Assembly (NCBI GenBank): GCA_012295275.1
Contig: CM022679.1
Span: forward strand, 620,001-684,000
Length of the DNA stretch: 64,000 nt
Source: Chrysomallon squamiferum
Lineage: Eukaryota > Animalia > Mollusca
Direction of reading: 5' to 3'
The notes under the pieces were generated by a model. It searched no databases. It saw nothing but the letters and a program-made list of their open reading frames with translations, and was not told the origin of the DNA. Both the position numbers and the translations under genes were made by a program. Below are positions 26,322 through 40,334 of this stretch, one piece after another (position 1 is the stretch's first letter; each line of letters opens with the position of its first letter).

Positions 26322-29300
26322 ATGTCGGTTATTCCAGTATCAAAAATAACGATTTCTCGTTCCGCTCAAAGATCAAAATCGTGAGTGCAATTAGTAAACA
26401 GTTAAAATACTTACGGAGTTGTGTGTTAAGGACAGCCAGTTTGAATTTCAGAAGTGAAAAAATTATCACACGACTTTGATTTTAACAGACACCATTATAC
26501 TTATACAAACAAATATATTCATATTGGTTATACTTACAGATTTATTTTTGATTTTATTAAATCATAGCATCTTTGATGTTATAAAATTCAGGACATGAAT
26601 TTAAGGGACATAGTGACAGTCAAATATTCTAATACACTGAACAGTGACTGACTGAATGAATATGTCACACTCAGTCATCAACACAAACAATAGCCAAAGA
26701 CTGCTAAAAAACAACAACAATAATAAAACAAAAATTCACCAAGAATTATCATGATTATTATTACTCTTATTAATTTTAATACCAAATACTATTTGTTCAG
26801 TATCAATTTATCAAAGAAATTAATATTTAATTCATTGGTACGAAAGGCTTAGCTGAAAAGCTTTTATTCATTAGACTAACTTTTCATGAAATATTATCCA
26901 TCAAATACATTTTTCATCTTCAAGTGATATTTTGAGCAGTGTACTTTGTTTCATACACACATCAAAATATTAAATATCACATGCCAGAATGATTAGTTCC
27001 TGATTTACATATCGTTTTTGTAAATTTCGCATTAAATTGTTTTGTGTTTTGTTTGCAGGAGTACATCTTTCACAGTTACAAGGGAAGAAAGTTTTACACG
27101 TAAACTGAATGCTTCATTTAACACAGACGAGTATCTTAAAGACGAATACTTTGACATGTAAGTTAGTCACAAATATTAATAATAATCATTTAAAACCCCC
27201 CAGAAACTTCAGTTTTTATTATTCACTGTATTGTATCCAAGAGAATGACCTTATTAACACAGGTAAGTTGAGTCTATTACCATTAAAACTGTTACCGTTA
27301 ATTAACATGAATACGTTTAAAATAAATAATAGTATATTTTCAAGAGATTGTTTTATTTGTTTTGAAGCACCAGTTTCTTTTTTGATTGTTCAAACATCTC
27401 TTGCACATAATGTGTATACTTCTATTGTTAGCAGTTATTCCTGTCCAGAAACAAAACAGTCGAATAGTAAATGTAGGTAATATATATATAAAAAAAAGTC
27501 CATTTCAGTAGAAATATTTGATGTATCTTATACAAATAAAATATTGTAAATTATAACAATTTCTTGTGCTGATTCACACACTATCGATTGCTTATTATTA
27601 CCACAACATTTATATATATATTTTTTTTTTTTTAGAAGACCAAAGACTGACTATACATATGCATATAGGTAAGTTAGTATACATGCAGTTAAAAGTAACT
27701 GGTTCAAAATTACCCACAATAACTGAATCATTTTTTCCACCAGTTTTAGTTAGTAACATAAAAGATAAATATTAATAATTTCATGTATTGATACAAATAA
27801 GTATCAATCAGATACAGATATAGATTACCTGGATTTTATGGTTACAAGGACTAATATTGTTAAATCTCCCTGAAAAGGGAGATTACTGTTACATCTGTCA
27901 TTACCAAAGAATATTCAATAAGGCATAGTTTTGCTGGTTGATCAGGACTTGGAAATGAGGAATAATACATTTACTTGAATGGTTTTGTTTCATTAGTGTT
28001 GATTTAATAACTTGTTGTTGTAGTGGTAGTTACTGCAGATCAAAAGTTGATAAAGATGTAGAGAGTCCAAATATGTCACGAAGACGAATACGAAATAGAA
28101 GAACGTATGGTGACTTGTCTGAATTTGGTCACTCTTGGACATTTGAGGAAAATAGGCTGACGAGTACTGAACACATAATGGAGACAGATGACGAATTGAG
28201 GGACTCAGATGATGACTTTTCTGATTCATATTCAGTAAAAAATGATTTTACAAGATCTCAAGGTATGCAAACAGTTTGTTTTTCAAGTTTTTTTTCCCTT
28301 TCTAGGCACTTAATTGTAAAAAGTAAATACAAAAGATATCTTGCAGTTAGTTACGGGATGATGAAGTGAATGTAGAAATTTTAATATTTTACAACATTTT
28401 ATTAAGGTCAAATGCAGTAAAAAAAAGAACTAACTGGAAAAACAAGAAAGAAAAAATAATAAAATTAATAGTTTTTAACTTCTTTTTTTTTTTCTGACAC
28501 AGTTTCCCATGTCCCAGGGATGGTGTTGCGTTCTGGTAGTAGGTTAAGCAGTATCTCAGATGTCATTAAGAATCGTGACTCTCGCAGTTTTCATTCCAAC
28601 GAGACAACATCAATGCCGGTGTGCAGCAAGACGTGTGAATATAACAGAAATCAAAACGAGCGTCACAGATCATGCTCAGTCTGTTCAGGCAGTGTGTCGG
28701 GCTCCAGCTCCACGTGCACTCTGTGTAGTTCAGCCAGCCATTATGGTGGTAAGCGCGTGAGGCGGATACTCCACAGTGAGTTTAGCGATGACGAGCTGGA
28801 GAAAGGTTCTTGTGAAGAATCCGAGAAGAAACGCTATGGACTGTCTGGAAATACAAATCCCTTGACTCGGGCAACCTCTGTTGTTAGTCACATGCTTGGT
28901 AAGTCCTTGTTTACTTGGGGTGATGGCCTGAAATACCACCAGCACAGTTAGTTTAATGTTATCACTGCACAAACAGATAATCACTGCTAAATAAAGGAGT
29001 AGAGTTTTATTCTGAAAGTTTTTTGATACATTTTGCTGTATTTCTGATAATTTTCAATAGGTAATGGTTTGCAAGCCATTATACAACCTCTTTCGCAATT
29101 TTATTTTACTGTTTAAACCCACAGCAGACTGGAGACATTTCAGGTCATTATGCATATTTGATGTTATTTTCGCACATTTATTTCATGTTATTTAACTTAC
29201 TGGATACTCGTTGGGATAGACCTGCTACATTTTCCTTCTTAATCTTCATCAGCACCCACAAACCAGCCTTTGGTGTTATGATTAGATTATTTATTTACCA

Positions 29301-32300
29301 TTTTTAATTTCCTGCATGCTTTTATATGTGTTTTGTGTGAATAAATTAATAAATGTGTATATACCTACTAAATAAAAATGGTTGTTGATTGAAATGTAAT
29401 ATTCTCACATTCACACTGATATACCTGTTATTTTTATTTTATTATCCTTAAAATAATTTTATTAATTAAAAACAAAAGAGATATGTTAAGCCTTAAATAA
29501 TTACTGGAGAATAAGGCAATTAACTGGATTTCATTATTTGTAAATTTCTTTTATTTCTGTATTTATTTTTGGTACTGTATTAATATGTTCAGTTAACAAT
29601 TTTTATTTTAGTTTGCTTATTTTTTGTTTTGTTTCTGTTTCTACTAATATTCAGGTAATGTGTTTGTAAAAATATTTCAAGTATGGAGCACAATGACGCG
29701 GACAGAAACACAAACTTTCAGACAGACTCATGGTCAGTTTCTGAACAGTACAACCAATGCGATTGACAGTGAAAGTGTTTACAGCAAAGCTTATATGTGT
29801 ACTGACAGTTCCACTGTACAGAGTTGTTCAACGATTTCACTTGCCTCTGGCGATGTTTATAATGTTGATGATGAATGTAAACATGTTTCGGGTACTTTAA
29901 AACATACACCCACCAACAGCAGCAGATTGACGTGGATTCACAATCTGACGTCCACACAAAACAGAATTGGTGATGGTGTGTATACAAAGTCAAAGCTTTT
30001 TCATGTGTTCTTTTGTTTTATGTATTTTCTGTTTTTTGGCTGTTATGATTGTTTTGTTGATGATGCTGTCATTACTAAGTTTATTTATTTACTTTGTTTT
30101 CAGCATGGTTTTTATTATTCTGACTCCAGTTACTACTAATCATTGAATTGTAACAATCAGTAAATGCTCATCCAAAATCAGATCATCAGAAGTTGAATAT
30201 AGTTAACGCCTATGTGATTAAAGAATACCTAATTATTATTTTTTTTAAATACTTGCAATCTTGATTTCTTTTTGTCATTTACTCTTTGTTTGTTTATTTA
30301 TTTGTGATCTCTTTGGTTTTTAAAAGAACTAAATAACGATCATTTTTTGTACATTCAGAATTTAAATGCATTTATTGCTAGCAGAGAAGAAAAAGAAGGA
30401 AAATAATCCTGATGAAAACCATGCATGGGGTGATACATATTAATAAACAAAACTGGTCAGAAAGTGCCAGATGAATGTAAATTTCACTCATTTTGACCTG
30501 TTTTGTTTTTATTCACACCTGACTGTTTGCTCACTCTCTCTTTCTCACTTTCTCACACACAAAGGCACAGTTTCAGTATCCTCCTTGCTATTAATCCAAT
30601 GTGTCAACAAAAAAACATATCTTCTTACAGTTTAATGTTTTTAGCACCAAAACAGTTCATTCAATAAATATTCCATGTTTACTGTTTTTTGTGTTTTTTG
30701 TTTTTAGGTTTGGATGATGAGTTGTCAGGTAGGAATAAATTCATGTATCAATTAAATAAATTGAAACAGTATATGTGTATGTGTATATATATATATATAG
30801 TATTTACCATACAACATACATGCTTGCATGCACATACATATGTATCTGTCAGGCATGAATCAAAGGTTTCACAGTAATTGTTAATACCTCTTCTAAATTT
30901 ATACAGTCTGTCATTTATTTTTGTTTCTTAAATCTTGTTTTAATGTTATTTTAAAAAATAACTTGTTTCAATAATTCTAGGCATTAATGTTTTTAATTTT
31001 TAAATTTTCTTTTAATTAGCAGATGACGATAGTAATTTTTCCAATAGAATCAGTGATCATTATTATGAAATGAATACCCTGAGGCCATCCATCTTCAGTT
31101 ACTTTTTTGGTAAATACTGATAATATTTTTATTTCGACACTCAGTAACTAGTTCACTGAATATTTTACACTTCATGCACCTGAGTATATTTAAAACAAGT
31201 TCATATGTGTTGGCTATGATGGGGTGTCATGTAATGAAGTAAAAATTCTTCCATGCCCCAAGTACTTGAATATTATTATCAAGTAACTGGAAGCAATAAC
31301 AAAGTAAGTTTTCCGCTACCTTGTTTTACTTGTGAGTAGTTTTATCTGCTGTATTATCAGTGTCCTGCCAATTATCTTATCTGTAATAAGGGGTTTAGCA
31401 TTACTCATGTATGTCGGAGAAGGATTATCTTACTTGGGACAGTTTAACTTGGAGCTGCTAAGGGGAGGAGACAAACCCTTGCATCTGGTTCTCCAAATAG
31501 GGGTGGGGTTACTGATCTTAAAAACCATCACCTGTTTCAGAAAAAAAATTGTAAATCAAATTACACTGATGTTTGTGTTGTTTGTGATATATGTGTCGTT
31601 CCTACAGTTCTAGGCATTAATGTTTAATATTAGCAGTTGATAACAAAAAAAATCACCTTTGAGTTAAAATTATGAATCACTTGACTAATTTCATTTTACT
31701 GACTGTTGACGTATGTTTTATACTGTGTGAAGGCTATTGATATGAAGGTCATTTGTTACTGATATTTGCTGAACAACTTCAGAATTTCACTGCACTCCTT
31801 AGTTGCTGACCCAGATATACGCTTTTGCTTCATGATGAATACATGCACATTATTTTACTTATTAGAGACATTACTGTTATTAATTTAGTTATGTGTGTTA
31901 ATGATGATTGTTCCTTTTTCAGAATGTCTCTATTCAGTGTGGCTGCAGGTTGGGAAACCAGTATGGAGTTTTCTCAGGAGGATGTATTTTTATGTGTACT
32001 GCTTCATTTGTTTTGATCTCTGGCTTCTGGCAAGGTATGTAGGTTTGTTGTCTTTTGACAAATATTCTGCTGAAACAGAGTTGGTAAAGGGAAATTTCAC
32101 ATCTTTATATGACTTTAAGATTAACCAAAGACATAAATGATACTAATTTTATAATTAGCGAAACAGAAACACAATTCACATTTTAATATTGTTTTTCAAA
32201 AGGCAGTTTCATTTATTTAAAAGGAGAAAGAAAAGTTCTGTTTTCATGACACTTAAAATATTTTTAAGACAATAATTTGTCAGAAATATGATATCTTGTA

Positions 32301-35300
32301 GCCAAGTTTGGAAAAACAGTTGGGTTCTGATGTGCCCAATAAAAATATTTTTGATGCCCACAGGCCAATAACAGAACAACTGAAACATTGTTGTGTCACT
32401 AAACAAATATCTGACAGTCATTAGAGTTAATCAGTATGTTCTAACAGCTTTGTTATAAAATGTTAGACATGAGAAACACATTACAGAAGATGACTATTTC
32501 CTATGATGTTGTTAAATATACATTTGGCATTCAGTAACTGACAGTAGAAGATTGTTTTTGTGTTACAGAAGGAGGAAATGTGCTTATTGCGTGATTCTGC
32601 TTTTACCTCTTCTTTTACTCCTGATTCCACTTCTCTTGTGTGGTGGTGAGTATCTTATTTCAATAGTACTAAATTATATTATTAAAGTTTCTTTTTTTAA
32701 TTTTTATTTTATTTGACAGTTTTGTTGATTAAAAAAAATATATATATATAAATATTTAACATGTAACAGTGGCAACAAAAAGAAAAAAAAAAAGGAAATA
32801 CTGATTATTATTATTATCATTAAATATTATTGTTTTGTTGTTATTTGGTGTTTTTGATCACTCCATTGCAAACCTAGAGACTTGAATATGAATAGATTTG
32901 TTCAGTTTTCTGATTTAATACAAAAAATACAAAAAACAAGGAGGGGTGTGTCAGGAGAAAGATGCTGAAAATATGAAATGGGATAAATGTTCCTTGACTT
33001 TCTAAAATTAAATCTTCATTTCTTGTTACTCAGTTTTATTTTGTTTTTCCAGCCAGACAATATGGTATTAATTTATCATCATCTTATATGAAAGTCAGAC
33101 AAGTATTCCTACCACTGCTAGGCGGAAAGTCTCAGGTACTTAGCTTCATCTGTCTTTATAATCAACTAACTTCATTCAGGTGTGTTACATCACCTGGGTT
33201 ATATCCAGAAAACTGACTACATAATGAATGCATTTAGATTTTTTTGTTTGGTGCAGGCATATTTTAACAAGAAATAAATTAAAATGAAGCATTGTCATGA
33301 AATAAAAACAAGCAGTTGTATGTTAATAAGGAGAAATAAAGCTTTTTAGTAATACAAGTTTACTTTAACTGTTACTGTGTACAATACAGGTTAATAATAA
33401 TATGCATTTGAATTTCAGTTGTCTAAGTTTGACACAACACATCTGGATGAAAAGGTCAAACAGATAATTGTAAATCTGCAGCGCAGCAATGGACCATACC
33501 TGTCTGCCTTGGACATCGAGAGAATCGTAAAAGGGGTGATAAGTGAGGAATTCACTGTTCTCAAAGCTGATCTTGCACATCGAATAAACGTTGCAAAAGG
33601 AGACATGGTATAAAGAGTTTATTTTTCCTACATTACAAAAGATGTGTAATATATTCACTCACACCTGTATCAAAAATAAATAAATAAATATTACAGTTTA
33701 CGTGATGTGAATCTACCAGACATTATTTTATTTATTATTTTATACAAGGTTTAAAATGTTAATTTTTATCAGTGTTATCAAAGCATTAAATAAATAAAAA
33801 TAACAATTAAAATTGTTGAAAAACAAGTTTATAAATGTAATACTGTTGGCAGTCCATAAAGTGGACAGACTGCTGTGACAGACAGACAAGAACTAACATT
33901 TTTGTTGTTTTCAGGCTGCCTGGCAGACTGACCAGAAAATGAAATATGCTTCATTGGACGAACGAACAAACGAAGCTTCAGCATTCTTAAAGGTTTAAAA
34001 CTTTTATTTGTAAAATTTAACATGAATACTGTCAATGTGGTAATTCTCTTGTCATTAATAAAAAGCATCAGATATCACCAGTAATTCTTCAACTAGTTGT
34101 CTGATTCTTATACTATGCTTATCAAATCCTCGTTTTCTCAGTCTTCTGAGTTCAACAAGAACTTTAATCAGTTCAGTTTTATTGTCATGAACATTACTTG
34201 TAATGTTTGTTAATATTTCAGGAACTTGAGAAGAAGTTCGAAGATGGCATAACTGGAACGTACAGGTATATATTTAGCTTAGTGGTGTGAATAATGTAGA
34301 GAATAATCTTTTACATTTATGTATTTGTGTGTATAGTCCAAGATATAGGCTATACAATATTGTTTGCTTGAATAACTCCATTTTGTTAACTAAAATTGTG
34401 AAAATATATATACATATTATGTAACTGTTTTACTTTAAAAAAATGTATTGGACTGCTGAAATCATTAAATTTTTCTTTTAATATATATATATATATATAT
34501 ATAAGGTGTGATATGTATTTTTCATAAGTATGCAATAACTAAACAATAATAATTAGATAATAGCAGAAGAGTGTCAAAATTTTTTTTTAATTTGGAGTAA
34601 ATAATGTCAATTATATAAACATTAATTCATTAGTATGCTTGATAGATCTCTTGTCTGTAAGCAATACATTTTTCAGCAGGTGAAAAAGATAGAGCAATCT
34701 AGGTATTTGTAGATATGCAATTATTGGTATTTTGAAGTTTAGCTTTGTATTCAGTATTAAAATTAAGAAAAAAGAAAACAAAATTAAAATAAAAAGGCAG
34801 ATGAAGTCTATTGGTAATAAACAAGTATGCAGTATTTTGTGTTGCATAGAGATATTAAATAGTGGATGGAAGTTTGATCAGATTGTTGATGATTTATTTG
34901 CAGAGAGAGCAAATATGACATTAATTTAGCCAGAGATAAGATTCGGCTGCTGGAGGAACAGATACACACCCTTATAGCAGACATTGCCAAGTTACGAATG
35001 TCACAGTTTGAAATGCTTGGGGAGGTGAAAAACTGTTGTCATAACGACACGTATTTCACTGCAGTCATTAAAAGTCAGATTAATGACATTCTCTCAAAGG
35101 TAAAACTGTTAACAGCAGTCTGAAAAATCTTGTTTGTTAGTGTTTAAATCATATTTAAGAAATACAGTAATTTATGTTTTGAATTTCTTTATGGTGAATG
35201 GAAAATATGGTTCCAAGTACAAAAGAATATGAGATGAAGTAACATTATATTTTTTAAACTAATCCTGTGGCAGTGAAGGAGCAAGTGGTTGAGGTTATTT

Positions 35301-37475
35301 CAACTTTTATTAACAAGTGTATTGCTTTGTGTATTGTTACAGATTGTGGCTGGTGGTGGGGGTCCTGACACTGAAACCCACAACAGCTTCTTGTGGTGGC
35401 TGAACAGCCACTATGTGAAAAAGAAAGATTGGACAGGGAATCTCAACAATCTCAAGTCTGACATCACCAAAGAAGTGTTGAGGATAACCAAGGAACAGAG
35501 ATTACACAATGTCTACATTCAAAGTGATGGCTCAAGGGGTTCTGATCTCAATGAAGAGGTACTTGGATCCCAAATTTGTTCTTTACAAATTGATTTATAA
35601 AAAAATTAAGATCATGAACAATAAAAAAAAATTACTTCAAAGCATTCAACAGTATTGATTATAAAGTTCTGTAGCAACAGAATGTGACAACTTCACTATT
35701 AGCTCAGGCAGTTGAACACTGGATTCCCAAAGTTGATGATCCCAATTCAAATCCTCCTTTCAGAAGTTAAGCAAACTTTTGTTACAGGCTCTGCAGGGTA
35801 ATTTCAGATTTGAAGAGAGAGTTTGTGGTAGATATTATTTAACTTAGTTGGTTGAATCTGGTTGAAATCCTTTCATGTACATAACACTTTTATTTCAGTA
35901 TGTTCGTCTTATTGTTGATGAAGCTATACAGAAATTCAATGCCGATAAAACTGGCATGGCAGACTTTGCTCTAGAATCTATTGGTATGTATTGTCTTGCT
36001 TTTTTACACTTTGGAATGAAAATGTTTGTTGTGTTTTACATAGTGTAACGATATAATATGCTTATCTAATTAAAAAATTGTCTTATGTCAATCAGAGTTA
36101 TAGTGGCATAGTTGCCAGCTAGAAAATAGTTGTTTAATGTTATAATTTCCTTGGTTTTAATTTACCCATATTTACTGTTAATATTTTTACTGTTTTAAAT
36201 CAGGTGGCAGCATTCTCAGTATCAGGTGTTCAGAGACATACCATAAGAAGACAGCTCTTGTCAGTATATTTGGAATTCCTCTGTGGTATGCTTCCAACTC
36301 ACCCAGGACTGTCATTCAGGTGACAATTTTTTTAATTCTGTAATATCATGTCATTCCTTCTCTATTTTTTTTATGTCTGTTCGTTGTTTTCACTTTTTAT
36401 ATGTGTGTTCATTGGTTGTTTGTGCTGTGTTTATGTCAGGTTTAATTAAATTCATTAAATTTGTTTTTTTGTTTTTAATTTCAGCCTGACGTTAGTCCTG
36501 GCCAGTGCTGGGCATTCAAAGGTAGCCGTGGTTACCTCGTTATACAGCTGGCCACACTTCTCAAGCCATCGGGATTCACAGTGGAACACATTTCAAAACT
36601 GCTCTCACCTGCAGGCAATGTCGACAGTGCCCTCAAAGACTTTGCTGTCTATGTGAGTTAATTGTTATCACTTTGATGAGAAAATCATTGCAGTGATTCT
36701 GATATAAGTAGAAATGTATGAAATATTTTAATAAATACATTGTTTTTATTTATGTGTAATTTACAAAAGTAATAGGTTGTGGTTTTATTCCATTTTAAAA
36801 TAATTTTAATTTTTTTTTTTTTTTTTTTTTTAATATTTCAGGGTTTAAAGAATGAAAATGATGTCGCTGGAATACCTTTAGGCAACTATTCATATAGCGA
36901 AGATGGACAACCAGTTCAGTTTTTCCCCTGTACAGGTAATGTCCAAGTTACTTACAGTTGTTACGTTCAAATACTTCCCCAAAAATTATTTATGTTTTAC
37001 ATAGATGTCAGTTTGTCACTCAGACATTTAAAAACAGGTAAAGTTTGCTCATTTCATTCAAATAGTTGAAATTAAAAAAATATATATTTTGATATTTTAT
37101 AATTGTATTGCATAAAATTTGTTAACACTTTCTGATTATCTTTTGAATTCCAAAAACTGAAAAAATGAAATGATAATGTTTTGCTTATGTTAAATTAATT
37201 GTATTATGTAAAATGTTGCCTATCTATTAAACTAAGTAATAATAATAATATATTGGCAGTTGACAACATTTATTTATTAATTTGGTTTATTAAACTATAA
37301 ATAAATATAGTTCACATTTGTTATAACATGCATTTTAATATATTTGATTTCATTTCAGGCTTCCAAGGTGGACTATTTTCCAGTTGTTGAGCTAAGAATT
37401 TATTCTAACCATGGCAACCCTGACTACACCTGTCTTTACCGATTCCGTGTACACGGCACTCCTTACAGAAAATAG
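26322..37475 (+). CDS. SUN1: SUN-domain inner nuclear membrane protein (SUN1/SUN2-like LINC component), about 937 aa
   Basis: 21 exons: 26322-26380, 27059-27157, 27636-27668, 28039-28262, 28503-28898, 29655-29975, 30708-30728, 31023-31109, 31923-32034, 32569-32645, 33053-33135, 33419-33607, 33915-33992, 34222-34265, 34904-35099, 35343-35558, 35899-35983, 36204-36319, 36485-36652, 36842-36935, 37359-37475. N-terminal DYTYAY and SPNMSRR recall vertebrate SUN1. TM segment CVILLLPLLLLLIPLLLC, coiled-coil region, then the SUN domain (DKTGMADFALESIGGSIL, FGIPLWY, SPRTVIQP, PGQCWAF, SNHGNPDYTCLYRFRVHG). 5' exons are less certain, and one phase conflict occurs at 36935. Confidence 0.88.
31440..31535 (+). 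mobile_element. Possible decayed RTE-class LINE 5' fragment in a SUN intron
   Basis: G-rich patch AGGGGAGGAGACAAAC..TGGTTCTCCAAATAGGGGTGGGGTTAC in an AT-rich intron resembles, from memory, RTE 5' regions. No ORF remains. Confidence 0.25.
35698..35762 (+). mobile_element. Degenerate tRNA-derived SINE head (not a functional tRNA)
   Basis: A-box-like TAGCTCAGGCAG followed about 45 nt later by B-box-like ATTCAAATCC; no intact cloverleaf. Confidence 0.4.
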
Positions 37476-40334
37476 TATAAAGTGAGGAATAATGTGGCCA
37501 TAATCTACATATGACAAAACAACATGAGAATTTTGCCTGTGCCATCCTTTATCAGTTTCTTAATGATAAATTATTATAAACTAAAAAACTCTGATTGTCA
37601 TTAAGTCTGCTTTTTCTCATTGCAGAAGGTTGTCAGGAGGCATGTTGGTGGTGGGGGGGAACGTTGTCATGGTTGAAAAAGATTTGAATTGCAGTATTTA
37701 TGACCACATTTAAAAACCATTTTGTCTTCAACTGTTGAAGATCTAGTTCAATAAATTAACTTGTATTATTATTCATTCTCTGTCACTAATTTCATATGTC
37801 AAGCACACTTGTAGTAAAAATAGTGTGATTATCAGATTAGCAATAATTCGCTTTCATTACTTTTTTCTTTCTTTTTTTAATAATACTTTTACTGTTTGAT
37901 AATTATTTACCTGATAGTTGCAGTATCACTATGTTACTGATTAATATTCTGTATTTATTCTCTAGTGCTCGTGTGTCTGTTTGGAGTATTTATTGTTATC
38001 ATAGTATACTGAAGTAGCAAACTGCTATTCATCCATTTACATTTGTAATTAACTAAGCTTGGAGCATTTTACTAGGTACTCAAATAGCAATATAATTACA
38101 GATGTCAAATATTTGGTTCAGTAGAAATATGAAATAACTAAATTTCTTATTCAAGAATCTTCTTTATGTTGTTTGTTTTTGTCTTAAATGTTGACAGGAT
38201 ACAGCAATTTACAGCAAAAAGTAAAATAAATAAAATAACACCAAAGTGTGACTTTTTTGTCCACATGTACTTAAGTATGTCTGTCCGTCCACTGAATATT
38301 TGTTGTTTATAATAAAAGATTGTAGATTGAGTGATCTTTTCAGTGTCTTTGAATTTGTCAGAATTATATCTAGTTCTAAATTAGGATAATTTTTAAAAAT
38401 TGAATTATTTTTATTGTTTTATTTTCAGTTTTACCATTTTATGGGCAATTTTAATTCATTTGACAGAACGAATTTAATGTACATAGAGTAACTTACCTTG
38501 AACAATATGCATCTTAAAAATATTTATTCCAGTGTTGTGCAAGTGAGATGCTAATCCTTTTGTATGTGAATCTCATTTTTTTTTTTATTATTATTCTGGT
38601 GTAGAGCAAACAGAAAAATTTATTTGGAACTTCATTCATCGAATATAAATGCAAATTATATACAGCTATTTCCCAACTTACCATCTTAGCAATTTATTAC
38701 TGTCCATAAAAAATAAGGTAAATGAAAAAAATGTATTTACTGTATGCACTGTCTGGCAGAATAGAAAATGCTGAATAGTATTTCAAACTTTAGTAAATTC
38801 TGAGTTAGGTCTGGTTGGTCACTGTTATCTGGGGTAAGCAAGGGACATAAATATAAAATAAAATTTTAAAAGTAATATATTCATTCACTACTGTATGCAA
38901 CCAAATTGGTTTTTTTAATGCTTTTTATAGATAGTATGCAGTAGTCATACATTATTACTGTTTCATTAAATAATCATTATTTGATCCACATATTTGTATA
39001 TTATAATTGATTTTGTTGGAAGTAGAATTACATAAACATATGGAACTCAGGGTAAATTTCTGTTTGCTGTATGCCCATTTTATATTTTTGACTATTTGTT
39101 TTTGTCTTTTTTGTCTTAAATTGGCTAAATTTTATTTATTAAAATTATTTATTAGCTACAGGAGGAGAGATCATTATTTGTATGGTAGAAATATTTTACT
39201 TTTTCTTCTGTTACTATTTTATATTTTTAATTTTTTTTTTTTTTTTTTTAAATTGGTTAAATTTATTTATTAAAATTATTTATTAGCTCCAGGAGGAGAG
39301 ATAATTATTTGTATGGTACAAACAAATTACTCTTTCTTCTGATATCTGGGTTTTTTTTGTACTACTTTTGTCGTTTGAAATTGTTTCTTTTTTTTGGTCT
39401 CATTTTCTCAGTTTGGAGGTAATAACATATTCCTGGTGAATCATATAATTATTATTATTATTTATATTTGCTTAATTTATTACATTTTTATTATGTTATA
39501 CTACTAGAATGCTTCATTGTTTAACATTAATTTTATACAATACTTAGTTCATAAAATAAATATTGTTGTGAACAAAATGATTGCCTTTGATTTGTCTTTA
39601 AACATGTTTAGTCCGTGGATGTTGACGTTTCTCTGAGATGTATTTATCTACAGAAAAAAAGAAGAAAAACAACAACAGATATCTGTCACTGTTTTGGAGA
39701 TTCCTGTATTTTGTGTTTATAACATTTTTGGTTTGATCTTTATCAGATAAAGCAGAGATATCTCAGAGATAGATTTCTGAATTTTGTGTTTATAAAATTT
39801 TTGTTTAATTTTACATTAGATTTACCCTCTGTATTCAGTATTTTTAATGTAAGTTTTGTTTGTTTAGAACTGATGCATCGAATGTTTTATCATACAATAG
39901 GTTACAAATATCAAGAGTTTGCCTGTGTGCATGTATTCTTTGACAAGAGAGTAGAGTCACTGAACTCCAGCAGAGAGATTATGTCAGGATACATCTCAGT
40001 ACCATGTCAGTGATCTCAATACAACAAATATTAAATGGTACAATCACTTGTATAATAACTTATAAATAAATAAATAAATAAATACAATCACTTTATCTTA
40101 AATGTGAAAATGACCATGAAAAATAGTGTTAACATTCAATGTTATTACTGTAAATGTTTAAACCTCTAATAAAAATACTGGCCTGTTAAGTTCCTGCCTC
40201 ACTAATAAAATAACATGTCTGCATAATAATGTCAACAGTTTCACTATTCACAATAAGAGCTTTTAAATAAAAGTTTACAGTAAGATTACACATTTTAACA
40301 TGTTGAGAAATGCCTGTCAGAAATATGTGAAAAA

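Noticed and set aside
35698-35762. Possible tRNA gene
   Set aside because: Only degenerate A/B boxes, with no acceptor or anticodon stems; treated as a SINE relic.
39115-39340. Duplication of about 135 bp downstream of the SUN stop; similar local duplications at about 8220-8420 and 42150-42330
   Set aside because: Real, but not at splice junctions and with no evident function. They show local duplication is common here, which tempers the junction-enrichment claim.
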